A stretch of 64,000 nucleotides of DNA from Candidatus Atelocyanobacterium thalassae (GTDB taxonomy: Bacteria > Cyanobacteriota > Cyanobacteriia > Cyanobacteriales > Microcystaceae): positions 74,669 through 138,668 of the forward strand of contig JBFPLN010000006.1 of assembly GCA_051971635.1 (NCBI GenBank), in the 5' to 3' direction. The position numbers were made by a program, and so were the translations under genes. How positions within the stretch are numbered: position 1 is the stretch's first letter; each line of letters starts with the position of its first letter. The notes under the pieces are model-generated. The model saw only the letters and a program-made list of their open reading frames with translations. It was not told the DNA's origin and did not search any database. Of the stretch, positions 1 through 11,963 are shown in pieces.

Positions 1-1
1 A

Positions 2-730
2 TCCCAGCTTAAACAATTAGAAAAAAAATCTGCATATCTTCAAAGACAAATGGCCATTCTAGAGCAATATTATCAAACTTATCAAGAATTGCGAGAACGA
101 AAAATTGCTATTGTTAGAGGTCAAGTCTTATCAATTGGTGCAGTGCGCCTTGTAGTTTCTAAAGCTAGTACCCAAGTAGTTGATGAATTATTAAGACAAG
201 CTAATAAAACTGCCATAGAGTTAATAGGTAAAAATACTATAGAATCAGATTATAGAGTAGTAAAAATCACTCAAAGCCAGGTTCAGCAATTAATTCAAGA
301 GTTACAAGACAATCAAGAATATGTAGTCAGAATTATTGCTGCAGGTAACTATGTTCAAGGAGAAAAAGAAGTTAGAGTTTTTGCAGATGTTGCTCTTAAT
401 CAAAAGATTTTTAGAAAAGAAGAAACAATCTCTGTTATTTCAATTGATTCCCTACAATTAACAGAAGAAGTAATACAACAAAAACTAGATTTGTTATTAT
501 CAGCAACTCAATTTCATGCTCGTCGTTCAGGAGTTTTAGGCGGAATACAAGTAGCGGATGGAAGACTAAAAACTTTAGTAGACTTTATTGAAAGTATTCG
601 ACAATCCGAAGTAGGATTAGATAAACTTAAAGCAATTGCTATGCAAGATACTAAAACAATTGGTCCTTTAAAGTTAAAACTTTTAGGCATAAGAGGAAGG
701 GAAGTGATTTTAGAAACAAACAGTAGATAA
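2..730 (+). CDS. DUF3084-family cyanobacterial coiled-coil protein, C-terminal part (5' end outside window)
   Basis: Frame is open from base 2 to the ATG at 50; YVVRIIAAGNYVQGE and GPLKLKL segments resemble DUF3084 proteins; lies directly upstream of a YqgF-like gene. Confidence 0.7.
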   Translation, partial: SQLKQLEKKSAYLQRQMAILEQYYQTYQELRERKIAIVRGQVLSIGAVRLVVSKASTQVVDELLRQANKTAIELIGKNTIESDYRVVKITQSQVQQLIQELQDNQEYVVRIIAAGNYVQGEKEVRVFADVALNQKIFRKEETISVISIDSLQLTEEVIQQKLDLLLSATQFHARRSGVLGGIQVADGRLKTLVDFIESIRQSEVGLDKLKAIAMQDTKTIGPLKLKLLGIRGREVILETNSR

Positions 731-1158
731 TGATTAAAAAAAAACCATTACCTATTCTAGGATTTGATCCTGGAAGAGATAAGTGCGGTATCGCTATCAT
801 TAATGAAGATGGGAAGCTTTATTATCATGCAGTTATTGAATCATTCAATGTTATTCGACAACTTAATTTTTTGCATGAAAAATTTTTTTTTAAACTATTA
901 GTTATGGGAGATCAAACTACTTCTGGAGATTGGAAAAATCGTTTGTTAGAAGAGTTATTATTTTCGGTGCCTATAGTTATGATAGATGAAAGTAATAGTA
1001 CATTAGAAGCTCGAAGTCGATATTGGCAGATGTATCCCCCAAATTTCATTGTAAGTCTTATTCCTGAAAGTCTAAGAGTTCCATCGCGTTCAATTGATGA
1101 TATTGTTGCCATCCTATTAGTAGAAAGATTTTTCCAAACTAGTAAGAAACAAAAATAA
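730..1158 (+). CDS. YqgF/RuvX-family RNase H-fold nuclease (pre-16S rRNA processing type)
   Basis: ILGFDPGRDKCGIA, DESNSTLEAR, IDDIVA motifs; start overlaps the upstream stop. Confidence 0.8.
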   Translation: MIKKKPLPILGFDPGRDKCGIAIINEDGKLYYHAVIESFNVIRQLNFLHEKFFFKLLVMGDQTTSGDWKNRLLEELLFSVPIVMIDESNSTLEARSRYWQMYPPNFIVSLIPESLRVPSRSIDDIVAILLVERFFQTSKKQK

Positions 1159-1204
1159 TATATGGTAGGTAAATTTTATATAAAATTTACCTACCATATA
1201 TTAT
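1155..1204. repeat. Perfect 50-bp palindrome between convergent genes (putative bidirectional terminator/3' stem)
   Basis: ATAATATATGGTAGGTAAATTTTAT|ATAAAATTTACCTACCATATATTAT; includes both stop codons. Confidence 0.9.
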
Positions 1205-3843
1205 CTAAGTAGTTGAATAAGTCTGTTTTTTGCAGCTAACAATGCCTCTTCTAATTTACTTGAGTTTTTTCCTCCTGCCTGAGCTAAGTTGGGACGTCCC
1301 CCGCCTCCTCCTTCACATATTTGGGCAATTTCTCCAATAAATTTACCAGCTAATATATTCTTATCCTTATAAATTTTTTTACTAAAGGCTGCTACGAGAC
1401 TAACTTTATCTCCGGGAAGTGTAGATCCTAGCACTATCGCTCCTTCTCCAATTTTTTGCAGTAACCTTTCAGCAGATTTCTGTAGTGCTTTTACATCCAT
1501 ATTTCCTACATTCGAAACAATTACTTTCAAGTCATCATCTAATAATTCTGCCGTATCTAATAACTTGTCAGATTTAACGATAGCTAACTCCTGTTGTATA
1601 ATTTCTAATTTTTTTTGAGTATCTTTTAATTCATTTTGTAGCGATGTAATACGATTTTGGATTTCTTCTGGCTTTATCTTAAGGTGATCACATAAATTTT
1701 TAACTATATTTTCCTTAATTTTAAAGTGTTCTAGGATTGTTGGTCCTGTAATAGCTTCTATACGTCTAACACCAGAGGAAATCCCACTTTGTGAAATTAT
1801 TTTAAATAATCCAATTTCGGCTATATTTTCTACATGTATTCCCCCACATAGTTCCATTGAAACTTCAGGAATATTAATAACACGGACTTCTTCTCCATAT
1901 TTTTCTCCAAACATGGCTATAGCACCCTTTTCTTTTGCAACCTTCAATGTCATAGTTTTTACTTTTACATTATGCTTTTCAGAAATCCAAAGATTGATAG
2001 TATTTTCTATTTGTTCTATTTGTTCTGGAGTTATTTGATAAGAATATTGAAAATCAAATCTTAATCTATCAAAAGTAACTAATGATCCTGCTTGCGTAAC
2101 AGAATTATCTAGAATTTTTTTTAGAGCAGCTTGTAATAAATGAGTTGAAGTATGATTCAGTTTAATTTGGTGACGATAATCATCTTCAACAACTGCATTG
2201 ATAGCTTCGTTAATACATATACATCCTTTCTTCACCTCTCCAGAATGAAGAAAAATTCCAGACTCTTTTTGAACATCATCAATTCTGACAAATGAATCTT
2301 GTCCGATTAAATGACCATGATCACTTACCTGACCACCTGACTCTGCATAAAATGGAGTTGCATCAAGTACAATTTGAATATAATCTCCCTTTTCTGCTTT
2401 TTGAACAGTTTCTTGATTAATGAAGATTTTTTTAACTACAGCTAATGAAGTTAAATTAGAATAACCAATAAATTTCGTAGCAGCTATATCCTTTATTAAT
2501 TTATTTATTCCGCCTTCTGTAGATAAATTGACAGTTTCATGTGCTGCTTTTGATCTAGATTGTTGTAATTTCATTTGTGCATGAAACTCATTAACATTAA
2601 CCTCTAGTTGGCTCTCTTCTGCAATTTCTTGAGTCAATTCTAGAGGAAATCCATAAGTATCGTATAGAGTAAAAGCATCTAAACCAGAAATTTGACTAGG
2701 CTTTTCAAGCTTATCAATTATTTCAGATAACAATTTTTCCCCTCTTTCTAAAGTCTTAAGAAAAATGTCTTCTTCTTTCTCTAACTCTTTATTAATGAAA
2801 ATTTCTTTTGTTCTAACTTCTGGATAGGAATCCTCCGAAATCTGAATTGTAATTTGTGCAATTTTGTTAATAAATTTTCCCTCGATTCCAATTAAACGCC
2901 CATGCCGAATAACTCTACGAATTAAACGACGTAATACATAGCCTCTATCTGTATTAGAAGCCGTAACACCGTCAGATAACATGTGAATAACGGCTCTAAT
3001 ATGATCTCCAATAATTTTTAGAGATCTTTTTACCTTCTCTTCTGCCTCCATATAATCAATCGTAATTATATTTGAAACAGATTTAATTATTGGAAAAATT
3101 AAATCTGTTTCATAATTATTTGGTACTTTTTGTAATATTTGAGCCATACGTTCTAAGCCCATTCCTGTATCAATATTTTTTTTATCTAAAGGCAATAAAG
3201 TACCATTACTGTCACGATTATATTCCATAAATACAAGATTATAGAATTCAATGAAACGAGAATCATCCTCTAAGTCTATATTTTGCTCTCCTAACTCAGG
3301 ATAGAAATCATAATACAATTCTGAACAAGGACCACATGGACCAGTTTCTCCTGCTTTCCAAAAATTATCTTTTTCTCCCATTCTTATGATTCTCTGTTTA
3401 GGAATACCGATTATGTTTTCCCAAATATTAAAAGCTTCATCATCATTTTTAAAAACGCTAACAATGATATTACGTGGAGGTAAAAGAAAAATTTCAGTAG
3501 ATAGCTCCCAAGCCCATTTTATTGCCTGCTCTTTAAAGTAATCTCCAAAACTAAAATTACCTAACATCTCAAAAAAAGTATGATGTCTAGCTGTATAACC
3601 TACATTGTCAATATCGTTCGTGCGAATACATTTTTGAGAAGTAGTAACACGAGAAAAGCTGGATGTTTCTTGACCAAGAAAAATAGGCTTGAAAGGTAAC
3701 ATCCCGGCTATTGTTAAAAGAACAGTTGGATCTGTTGGTATTAAAGATGCACTTGGAAGAATCTGATGCTTTTTTTCTTCATAAAATTGAAGAAATTTAT
3801 GGCGTATTTGATTTCCAGTGAGGAAAGGTGGAGTTGTGATCAT
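1201..3843 (-). CDS. alaS: Alanine--tRNA ligase
   Basis: HHTFFEMLGNFSFGDYFK, GPCGPCSE, IDTGMGLER, editing HxxxH and ELCGGxH, GGGGRP C-terminus. Confidence 0.99.
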   Translation of the reverse strand: MITTPPFLTGNQIRHKFLQFYEEKKHQILPSASLIPTDPTVLLTIAGMLPFKPIFLGQETSSFSRVTTSQKCIRTNDIDNVGYTARHHTFFEMLGNFSFGDYFKEQAIKWAWELSTEIFLLPPRNIIVSVFKNDDEAFNIWENIIGIPKQRIIRMGEKDNFWKAGETGPCGPCSELYYDFYPELGEQNIDLEDDSRFIEFYNLVFMEYNRDSNGTLLPLDKKNIDTGMGLERMAQILQKVPNNYETDLIFPIIKSVSNIITIDYMEAEEKVKRSLKIIGDHIRAVIHMLSDGVTASNTDRGYVLRRLIRRVIRHGRLIGIEGKFINKIAQITIQISEDSYPEVRTKEIFINKELEKEEDIFLKTLERGEKLLSEIIDKLEKPSQISGLDAFTLYDTYGFPLELTQEIAEESQLEVNVNEFHAQMKLQQSRSKAAHETVNLSTEGGINKLIKDIAATKFIGYSNLTSLAVVKKIFINQETVQKAEKGDYIQIVLDATPFYAESGGQVSDHGHLIGQDSFVRIDDVQKESGIFLHSGEVKKGCICINEAINAVVEDDYRHQIKLNHTSTHLLQAALKKILDNSVTQAGSLVTFDRLRFDFQYSYQITPEQIEQIENTINLWISEKHNVKVKTMTLKVAKEKGAIAMFGEKYGEEVRVINIPEVSMELCGGIHVENIAEIGLFKIISQSGISSGVRRIEAITGPTILEHFKIKENIVKNLCDHLKIKPEEIQNRITSLQNELKDTQKKLEIIQQELAIVKSDKLLDTAELLDDDLKVIVSNVGNMDVKALQKSAERLLQKIGEGAIVLGSTLPGDKVSLVAAFSKKIYKDKNILAGKFIGEIAQICEGGGGGRPNLAQAGGKNSSKLEEALLAAKNRLIQLLR

Positions 3844-4039
3844 TATGGAATATTTATTTTAATTTGTTGATTGTTATATTGTTGCATTTTGTGGATGAAT
3901 ATTAAAAATATACTATTATTCTTAAGTGTTAGGATGATAAGTATTAGTATTATTTCAAGAACTTTATTAGTACAATTAAAGTGCTGACATCCTCGTTAAT
4001 TATATTAATATTGTTTTTTAATGTTAATTACACTTAGTT

Positions 4040-4462
4040 ATGTCTCCTTTACCTCAATATCGTCCTCAAAAACTTTCACTAGGATCCCTCGAAGCTGAAA
4101 TTTTGGAAATTCTTTGGGATCTTGAAAAGGCTACAGTTAAACAAATTCATGATCATATTTTATCTGATGTAGAAAGAGAATTAGCTTACGCTTCTGTTAC
4201 GACAGTTCTCAATCGTCTCACTAAAAAGGGTTGGTTAAAATGTTGTAAACAAAATAAAGCGTTTTCCTGGGAACCTCTCGTATCTCGCGAAGAGACGAAT
4301 ACATTACGAGCTTGTGAGCAGTTACAACAATTTCTTGCTATTATTAGTAGTCCTGATATGGTTGCTTCATTTGCAGACAGTTTAGATACTACTAGCCTAG
4401 AACGTTTAGAATTAATTGCTGCAAACTTACAAGAAATTCGTCGACAAAGGGAGGTGAAATAG
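4040..4462 (+). CDS. BlaI/MecI/CopY-family transcriptional regulator
   Basis: LGSLEAEILEILW...LAYASVTTVLNRLTKKG winged-helix pattern; paired with an M56 peptidase. Confidence 0.9.
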   Translation: MSPLPQYRPQKLSLGSLEAEILEILWDLEKATVKQIHDHILSDVERELAYASVTTVLNRLTKKGWLKCCKQNKAFSWEPLVSREETNTLRACEQLQQFLAIISSPDMVASFADSLDTTSLERLELIAANLQEIRRQREVK

Positions 4463-4464
4463 CT

Positions 4465-5316
4465 ATGCACATACTAATGATTTTATTAGTTTTAGCTTTT
4501 GCTTTCGGAATTAGACTATTTTATCCTTCCAATTTTATGGGAATGAGTCGCTGGCAAATTTCTCTTATAACTTTCACTGTACCCCCTTTACTAATTGTGG
4601 TAACAGCCGTCTCAATTATTTCAATGGGATATGATGGCGAAATGTTGGGTTTACCATCAAGCCGTCTTAGCTACTCGACATCAATAGTTTTCTTAGGTAT
4701 TGCTCTAACACAATTTATTAAAATTACTTTTCAGGGTTGGAATTCTATCAAGACAATTAGAAACTATCCTAAACAAATTATTAATAATCAATTGGTAAGA
4801 ATTGTTGAACTAGAGTTACCTTACAGTGCACAGATTGGATTTTGGAAACCTGAATTAATTGTCAGTAGTGGTCTATTGCAATCTCTAGATTTGGATCATT
4901 TAAAAGCCGTTATTGCTCATGAAGAAGCGCATAGAAATTATCATGATACTTTCTATTTTTTTTGGTTAGGTTGGTTAAAAAATATTAGTTTTTGGTTGCC
5001 AAATACAAACATAATTTGGGAAGAATTATTATTACTTAGAGAGATCCGTGCAGATCAAAAAGCTACTCAGAATATTGATCCTCTCCTTCTCGCAGAATCT
5101 TTACTTATTGTAGCCAGAAAGATGAATGTAATAGCTGAGGATATTTCTACTAGTTTTGTAGAGGCATATTTTCATAATATGAATGCTGATAGTAGACTCG
5201 AAAAGCGAATTAAAGCGTTATTTAATATATCAGAAAATTTAGAAAATGACAGTTCTCATTTGAATTATGTTCTATTGGCCTTATTGCCATTACTTTCTAT
5301 CCCTTTCCATAACTAA
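4465..5316 (+). CDS. M56 (BlaR1-like) membrane zinc metallopeptidase without a penicillin-sensor domain
   Basis: N-terminal TM helices, AHEEAH zinc motif, REIRAD; 2 bp after the BlaI-like gene. Confidence 0.85.
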   Translation: MHILMILLVLAFAFGIRLFYPSNFMGMSRWQISLITFTVPPLLIVVTAVSIISMGYDGEMLGLPSSRLSYSTSIVFLGIALTQFIKITFQGWNSIKTIRNYPKQIINNQLVRIVELELPYSAQIGFWKPELIVSSGLLQSLDLDHLKAVIAHEEAHRNYHDTFYFFWLGWLKNISFWLPNTNIIWEELLLLREIRADQKATQNIDPLLLAESLLIVARKMNVIAEDISTSFVEAYFHNMNADSRLEKRIKALFNISENLENDSSHLNYVLLALLPLLSIPFHN

Positions 5317-5364
5317 CAATCAAAGATACTATTTAATCTATTCTTTACACATAAGGCTCATACA

Positions 5365-5404
5365 TTATAGTGTTATTTTCTTATCTTAAAAAATAACACT
5401 ATAA
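5365..5404. terminator. 15-bp-arm perfect inverted repeat between convergent M56 gene and ligA
   Basis: TTATAGTGTTATTTT-N10-AAAATAACACTATAA. Confidence 0.7.
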
Positions 5405-5443
5405 AAGTTAAAATAGTTAATATCATAACAATTAAAGTCGCGA

Positions 5444-7561
<2,118 letters not shown>

Positions 7562-7833
7562 CTAAATATTATTTATTAATACTAGAAATATTTTAAAAAA
7601 TGTATTAATCTTAACAAGCGTTATTGAAATATATTAGGTTTAAATTTTGATAATTTTAACCTGTAGTAATTAATCAATCTTAATACTTTAAATAAGATAA
7701 AAATTATTTTTTTATAAAAATCGATTTATAGTTATCGTGGTATAAGACATATGAAATATAGTCAAGAAATATTTCATCCTACAACTTTTTATGTCATATC
7801 TAGAATTTTAATATTTAACATGAGTTAATAGTA

Positions 7834-9324
7834 ATGTTGAAGAAGAAAATAAAATTTAATAAAAAAATTGGGATTCTTGTTCCAGTATCATTATTGCTTT
7901 TCTTAGGAATTAGTAAAATATTTAAACAATTAATAAGTAATCATCCTCAACAAAGGATATTAAATAATGTCATAGAAAAATATTCTTCTGGTTCTGTAAA
8001 GACCGTCATCTTAGAGCCAAAAATAGTTAAAGTTTTCTCGGAATTTGTTGGAACTATAGAAGCCAAAGATATATTAACTCTCAAATCAGAAATCAACGGA
8101 AAAATAAAAGAAATTTCAGTTACAGAAGGAAACGTTATTACAAGAAATCAAGTAATAATGCAATTTGATTCTAATAATTTACAGGCTAAATTACTAGAAT
8201 CTCAAGCTAAATTGACTAATGCAAAAGCTAGATTACTAGAATTAGAAGCTGGAAATCGTGTTGAAGATCTTGAAGAAGCAAGAGCTAGGCTTAGAGGTGC
8301 AAAAATTCGTTTAAATAATACGATGATAGGAGATAGTGTCGAAGAAATTGCCCAAACTAGAGCTCATTTAAAATCTTCAAAAGCTAGCCTTGAATTAGCT
8401 GAACAGCGAGTTACTAGATATAAAATGCTTAAAGAACAAGGAGTAATTTCTATTGATGATTATCAAGAATATATAACAATTTTACGTAGAGCAAGAGCTG
8501 ATCTAGAACAAACTAAGCGACGTCTATCTCAGCTTAAAAAAAGACGTTTGGCTGATTTAGATGAATTGGCTACTGTCGTAGAAATGGAAATACAAAATTT
8601 ACAGAGATTACAGGCTGGTCCACGAAAAGAAGTTATTACTCAAGCTAAAGCCAAAGTTATAGAAGCGAGTGCACAGCTTCAAACATCTCAAATCCATGTT
8701 CTTCAAGCTAATGTAGTGGCACCTATTACTGGAGTAGTAGAAGAAATTTTTACAAAAGTTAGTGATTACGTAAGAATAGGTGATCCTTTAATAAGTTTAA
8801 TGAGCAATCATAGTTTAAATCTAAATTTTGCTATTCCGTTAAAATATAGTTCTCAATTAGATATAGATTTACCTGTAGAAGTTGTAGATAATCTAGGAAG
8901 AATCCTTAGCGAAGGAAAAATTAACTTTATATCCTCTAATCTTGTTAAAGACTCACAATCAATATTAGTAAAGGCTAGCTTTAATAGTCCAAACCAAGAA
9001 TTTTTACATGGTCAATTTGTAAGAGTAAGAGTAATTTGGGAGAAAAAAAACAGTTTATTAATTCCGGCTAGTTCTGTATTTCATGCTGGAAAAGAAAAAT
9101 TTGTCTTTATAGCTAAAAATAATAATTTAGGCGAAAGAAATTTGTCTAATGCAATAGCCAAAAGAGTTAAAGTTCAATTAAGTAACTTGCAAGGCAATAA
9201 TTTTCAAGTGATTAATGGCTTAAATATTGGTGATAGATTGATAGTATCCAAGACTAGCAAATTAAAAGATGGAAAATCTATTAGGCAACTCTCTTTTTAT
9301 AAGGAAAAAACTATTAATAATTAA
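7834..9324 (+). CDS. RND efflux periplasmic adaptor (membrane fusion protein) with long coiled coil
   Basis: N-terminal anchor, lipoyl-like halves (GKIKEISVTEG; APITGVV), long helical hairpin, GLNIGDRLIV. Confidence 0.85.
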   Translation: MLKKKIKFNKKIGILVPVSLLLFLGISKIFKQLISNHPQQRILNNVIEKYSSGSVKTVILEPKIVKVFSEFVGTIEAKDILTLKSEINGKIKEISVTEGNVITRNQVIMQFDSNNLQAKLLESQAKLTNAKARLLELEAGNRVEDLEEARARLRGAKIRLNNTMIGDSVEEIAQTRAHLKSSKASLELAEQRVTRYKMLKEQGVISIDDYQEYITILRRARADLEQTKRRLSQLKKRRLADLDELATVVEMEIQNLQRLQAGPRKEVITQAKAKVIEASAQLQTSQIHVLQANVVAPITGVVEEIFTKVSDYVRIGDPLISLMSNHSLNLNFAIPLKYSSQLDIDLPVEVVDNLGRILSEGKINFISSNLVKDSQSILVKASFNSPNQEFLHGQFVRVRVIWEKKNSLLIPASSVFHAGKEKFVFIAKNNNLGERNLSNAIAKRVKVQLSNLQGNNFQVINGLNIGDRLIVSKTSKLKDGKSIRQLSFYKEKTINN

Positions 9325-9416
9325 AAAAGTAAATTAAGTTAATGTAAATTTTCACTCTTAAAGTTAAGTTAACATAATAAACTTTTCTATAGTTACTGTT
9401 TTTAAATGTATATTTT

Positions 9417-10115
9417 TTATTGAGTTAATCCATGCTTTAAAGCAAAACGAACCAGCTCTGTCCGGCTATTTGTCTCTGTTTTACCGAACAAACGACTCAC
9501 ATATTTTTCTACATTTCTAACACTTGTATTTAAACGAGCTGCAATTTCTTTATTCATAAGACCTTCTGCAACTAAATCCAAAACACTTTTTTCTCTTGGA
9601 GTTAAATCAATTTTAATAGATGGAGGTATTATTGTTAAATGAGTCTTTTGTTGTCCTAATTGCTCTTTTAATCCTTTAATTTCTTGGGCTATTTCTTCTA
9701 ACTTTATAGAGTCACTACCAATTTTTCCATTAATTTTACGACGTTCCAGAAAGCTTTTAATAATAGCTTCTAATTCCTCAGGATCAAAGGGTTTTGGCAA
9801 ATATACATCGCAGCCAGCGTTGTAACCCTTGATTCGATCAGCAGTCATACCTCTAGCAGTAAGAAAAATCAGAGGAATAGTTTGCAAGCGAGTACTATGA
9901 CGTATTTTTTCTAAAAATTGATATCCATCTATTTCTGGCATCATAACATCAGAGATGATGATATCAGGAATTATTGTTTCCAGAAGCTTCCAAGCTTCTT
10001 TTGCATTATTTGCAATTTTTACTGTTAATTCACCATCATATTCCAAGTATGTTTGTACGGACTCACATATGCTTGGCTCATCGTCAACTAATAAAATTAT
10101 AGAAGAATTACTCAT
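9417..10115 (-). CDS. ycf29: NarL/LuxR-family response regulator, Rre1/Ycf29 type
   Basis: Receiver (LLVDDEP, SDVMMP, KPFDP) plus LTPRE...GLMNKEIA...SVRNVEKYVSRLF...SRTELVRFA. Confidence 0.85.
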   Translation of the reverse strand: MSNSSIILLVDDEPSICESVQTYLEYDGELTVKIANNAKEAWKLLETIIPDIIISDVMMPEIDGYQFLEKIRHSTRLQTIPLIFLTARGMTADRIKGYNAGCDVYLPKPFDPEELEAIIKSFLERRKINGKIGSDSIKLEEIAQEIKGLKEQLGQQKTHLTIIPPSIKIDLTPREKSVLDLVAEGLMNKEIAARLNTSVRNVEKYVSRLFGKTETNSRTELVRFALKHGLTQ

Positions 10116-10146
10116 GATTTATATTTTACTAATGCTATGAACAATT

Positions 10147-10461
10147 TTAATCTGAATGTTTATCGATAGAAATCACTTCAACTTCAACCGTTTCTTCTTC
10201 TGATGATTTTTTTTCTATACCTCGGTTTGGATTTCTCCACTCTTCAAATATTATTTTAGTAAGCTCTGTTATTAATAGACTTAAAATAACAAAATCATCT
10301 ATTTGTCCTATTATAGGAAAAAAATCTGGAAAGAAATCTAAAGGGCTTACAAAATAAACTAAAGTGCCTAATATTACCAACCAGCGATATTTAGTATTAC
10401 GAATTAGAGACTTATAGTATTTATATATGGAGTGTAAAGAAAATTTCATTATATTAATCAT
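10147..10461 (-). CDS. YkvA/DUF1232-family small membrane protein
   Basis: YFVSPLDFFPDFFPIIGQIDD signature; true start may be the second Met. Confidence 0.85.
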   Translation of the reverse strand: MINIMKFSLHSIYKYYKSLIRNTKYRWLVILGTLVYFVSPLDFFPDFFPIIGQIDDFVILSLLITELTKIIFEEWRNPNRGIEKKSSEEETVEVEVISIDKHSD

Positions 10462-10655
10462 ATTTAGTGTTTAAATATTAATTTAAAATATAGCCGTATG
10501 TACTGTGCTTACATAATTTAAGTATTAATATCAGGTATCTTAAATATATAAAACAATGATTCTCACATTAAAATTATCAAACAACTTTTATCCAATGATT
10601 GATAACTTTTCTTATTCAATATTAATTCTTGAGCTCAACTAAATGTTACTCGTTA

Positions 10656-11684
10656 TTATCTTTGCAGAGATTTGTCTTTCAAAAGACCAGTGAGTAGAGA
10701 TGCAGGTGGCTTTTTGTAAGGCCAAGCAAAAGCATGTTGAAAAGCAAAATTTTGACATGCTTGTAGTTGATGAAAATCAATTACATCTTGAGTTAAAAGA
10801 TTCTCAAATTCGAAGGGTAAACGTACATTATGCAGTCCTGCATTATCTGTACAAATTGCTATATGTACTCCTGCTTCAAAACAACGATCAAAAACCGTCT
10901 TCAATTCGTATAAATTATCTAAATTTCCTGTCTTTAAATAAGTCGTAGGACATATCTCCAGGCATTGATTAGAGCGAGCAATCATCGGCAGTAACTCTGG
11001 AAATCTCAAAGGTATTTGAATACCGTGACCAATCCTCATTAGATATGGAAGAAGTTCAGGATAACATCCATCGGAAGTTTCATAAAGATGACCAGTTGTA
11101 TTTAATCCCAGTGATCTCGCATATTTATATAAATCTATAAATTCATCTAACCTTTCACCATAATGAGAGTCTCCTCCTGCAACATCAATAGCACAGACAT
11201 AGTCTTTCATTTGAGCCGCTAGATCTACTATAGCCTTATTAACCTCGTAAGGTAACCGAGAATGCATACAAAGAATTTGGCTTATTACAATAGGGTACTC
11301 TTTTACTTGACTAGCTTTACCTACTATTTTGACAATACTAGTCATAGCATCAATTCTTTCTGATTGCTCAAGGTACTGGGGAGTACGAAGATATGGAGTA
11401 TATCTTAATTCTAGATATGCTAAGTGTTCAAAAATATAAGCTCCACGAATTAAACGATAAATAAAATAAGGGAGTGTTTGTTCTGTCTGAACGTTTTCTA
11501 CTAGGGTATGTAATTCTAAATACTCATCTAATGTTTTACGTTTACGTGTGTAAAACTCTTCAAAAACTGGATATTGAGGAAATTTTTGTGCCATTTTAGG
11601 GTCATGGCGTTTAAAATATCTCCAAAGAATACGAGGAACTACTGATCCTCCTAAATGGCGATGTAGATCTGCATATAGTGCCAT
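10656..11684 (-). CDS. Adenosine/adenine deaminase family protein
   Basis: ADLHRHLGGS, GHLYET, RIGHG, CTDN; start moved to ATG 11684 (GGAG RBS upstream) from ORF-track 11759. Confidence 0.88.
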   Translation of the reverse strand: MALYADLHRHLGGSVVPRILWRYFKRHDPKMAQKFPQYPVFEEFYTRKRKTLDEYLELHTLVENVQTEQTLPYFIYRLIRGAYIFEHLAYLELRYTPYLRTPQYLEQSERIDAMTSIVKIVGKASQVKEYPIVISQILCMHSRLPYEVNKAIVDLAAQMKDYVCAIDVAGGDSHYGERLDEFIDLYKYARSLGLNTTGHLYETSDGCYPELLPYLMRIGHGIQIPLRFPELLPMIARSNQCLEICPTTYLKTGNLDNLYELKTVFDRCFEAGVHIAICTDNAGLHNVRLPFEFENLLTQDVIDFHQLQACQNFAFQHAFAWPYKKPPASLLTGLLKDKSLQR

Positions 11685-11910
11685 AAAAATCTCCAAAGAA
11701 TATATATTATGTTCTATCTTAAAACTATTAAGATAAGGAATATTTTGAAATAATTCCACTAAAGAATAATGTTTGATCCCAATAATGGCTTAAATGATAA
11801 AAAAGTTCTATTTAGAATAGTCCTATAGTTATTAAAGTTTAACTAGAGTATATAAGATTTTTAATAATTAACTTAATCAAAGGTTAGTACAAAATAATAA
11901 ACTTTAATAG

Positions 11911-11942
11911 AAAGCGGTAGAAGTAAACACTTCTACCGCTTT
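11911..11942 (-). terminator. 14-bp-arm hairpin downstream of clpC
   Basis: AAAGCGGTAGAAGT-AAAC-ACTTCTACCGCTTT, about 20 bp after the clpC stop. Confidence 0.8.
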
Positions 11943-11963
11943 AAAAACATCAAGTTTTTACTG

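Noticed and set aside
3961..3982. ACTTTA-N10-TAAAGT as a BlaI-type operator
   Set aside because: Only 6-bp AT-rich arms and no TACA/TGTA core; expected by chance
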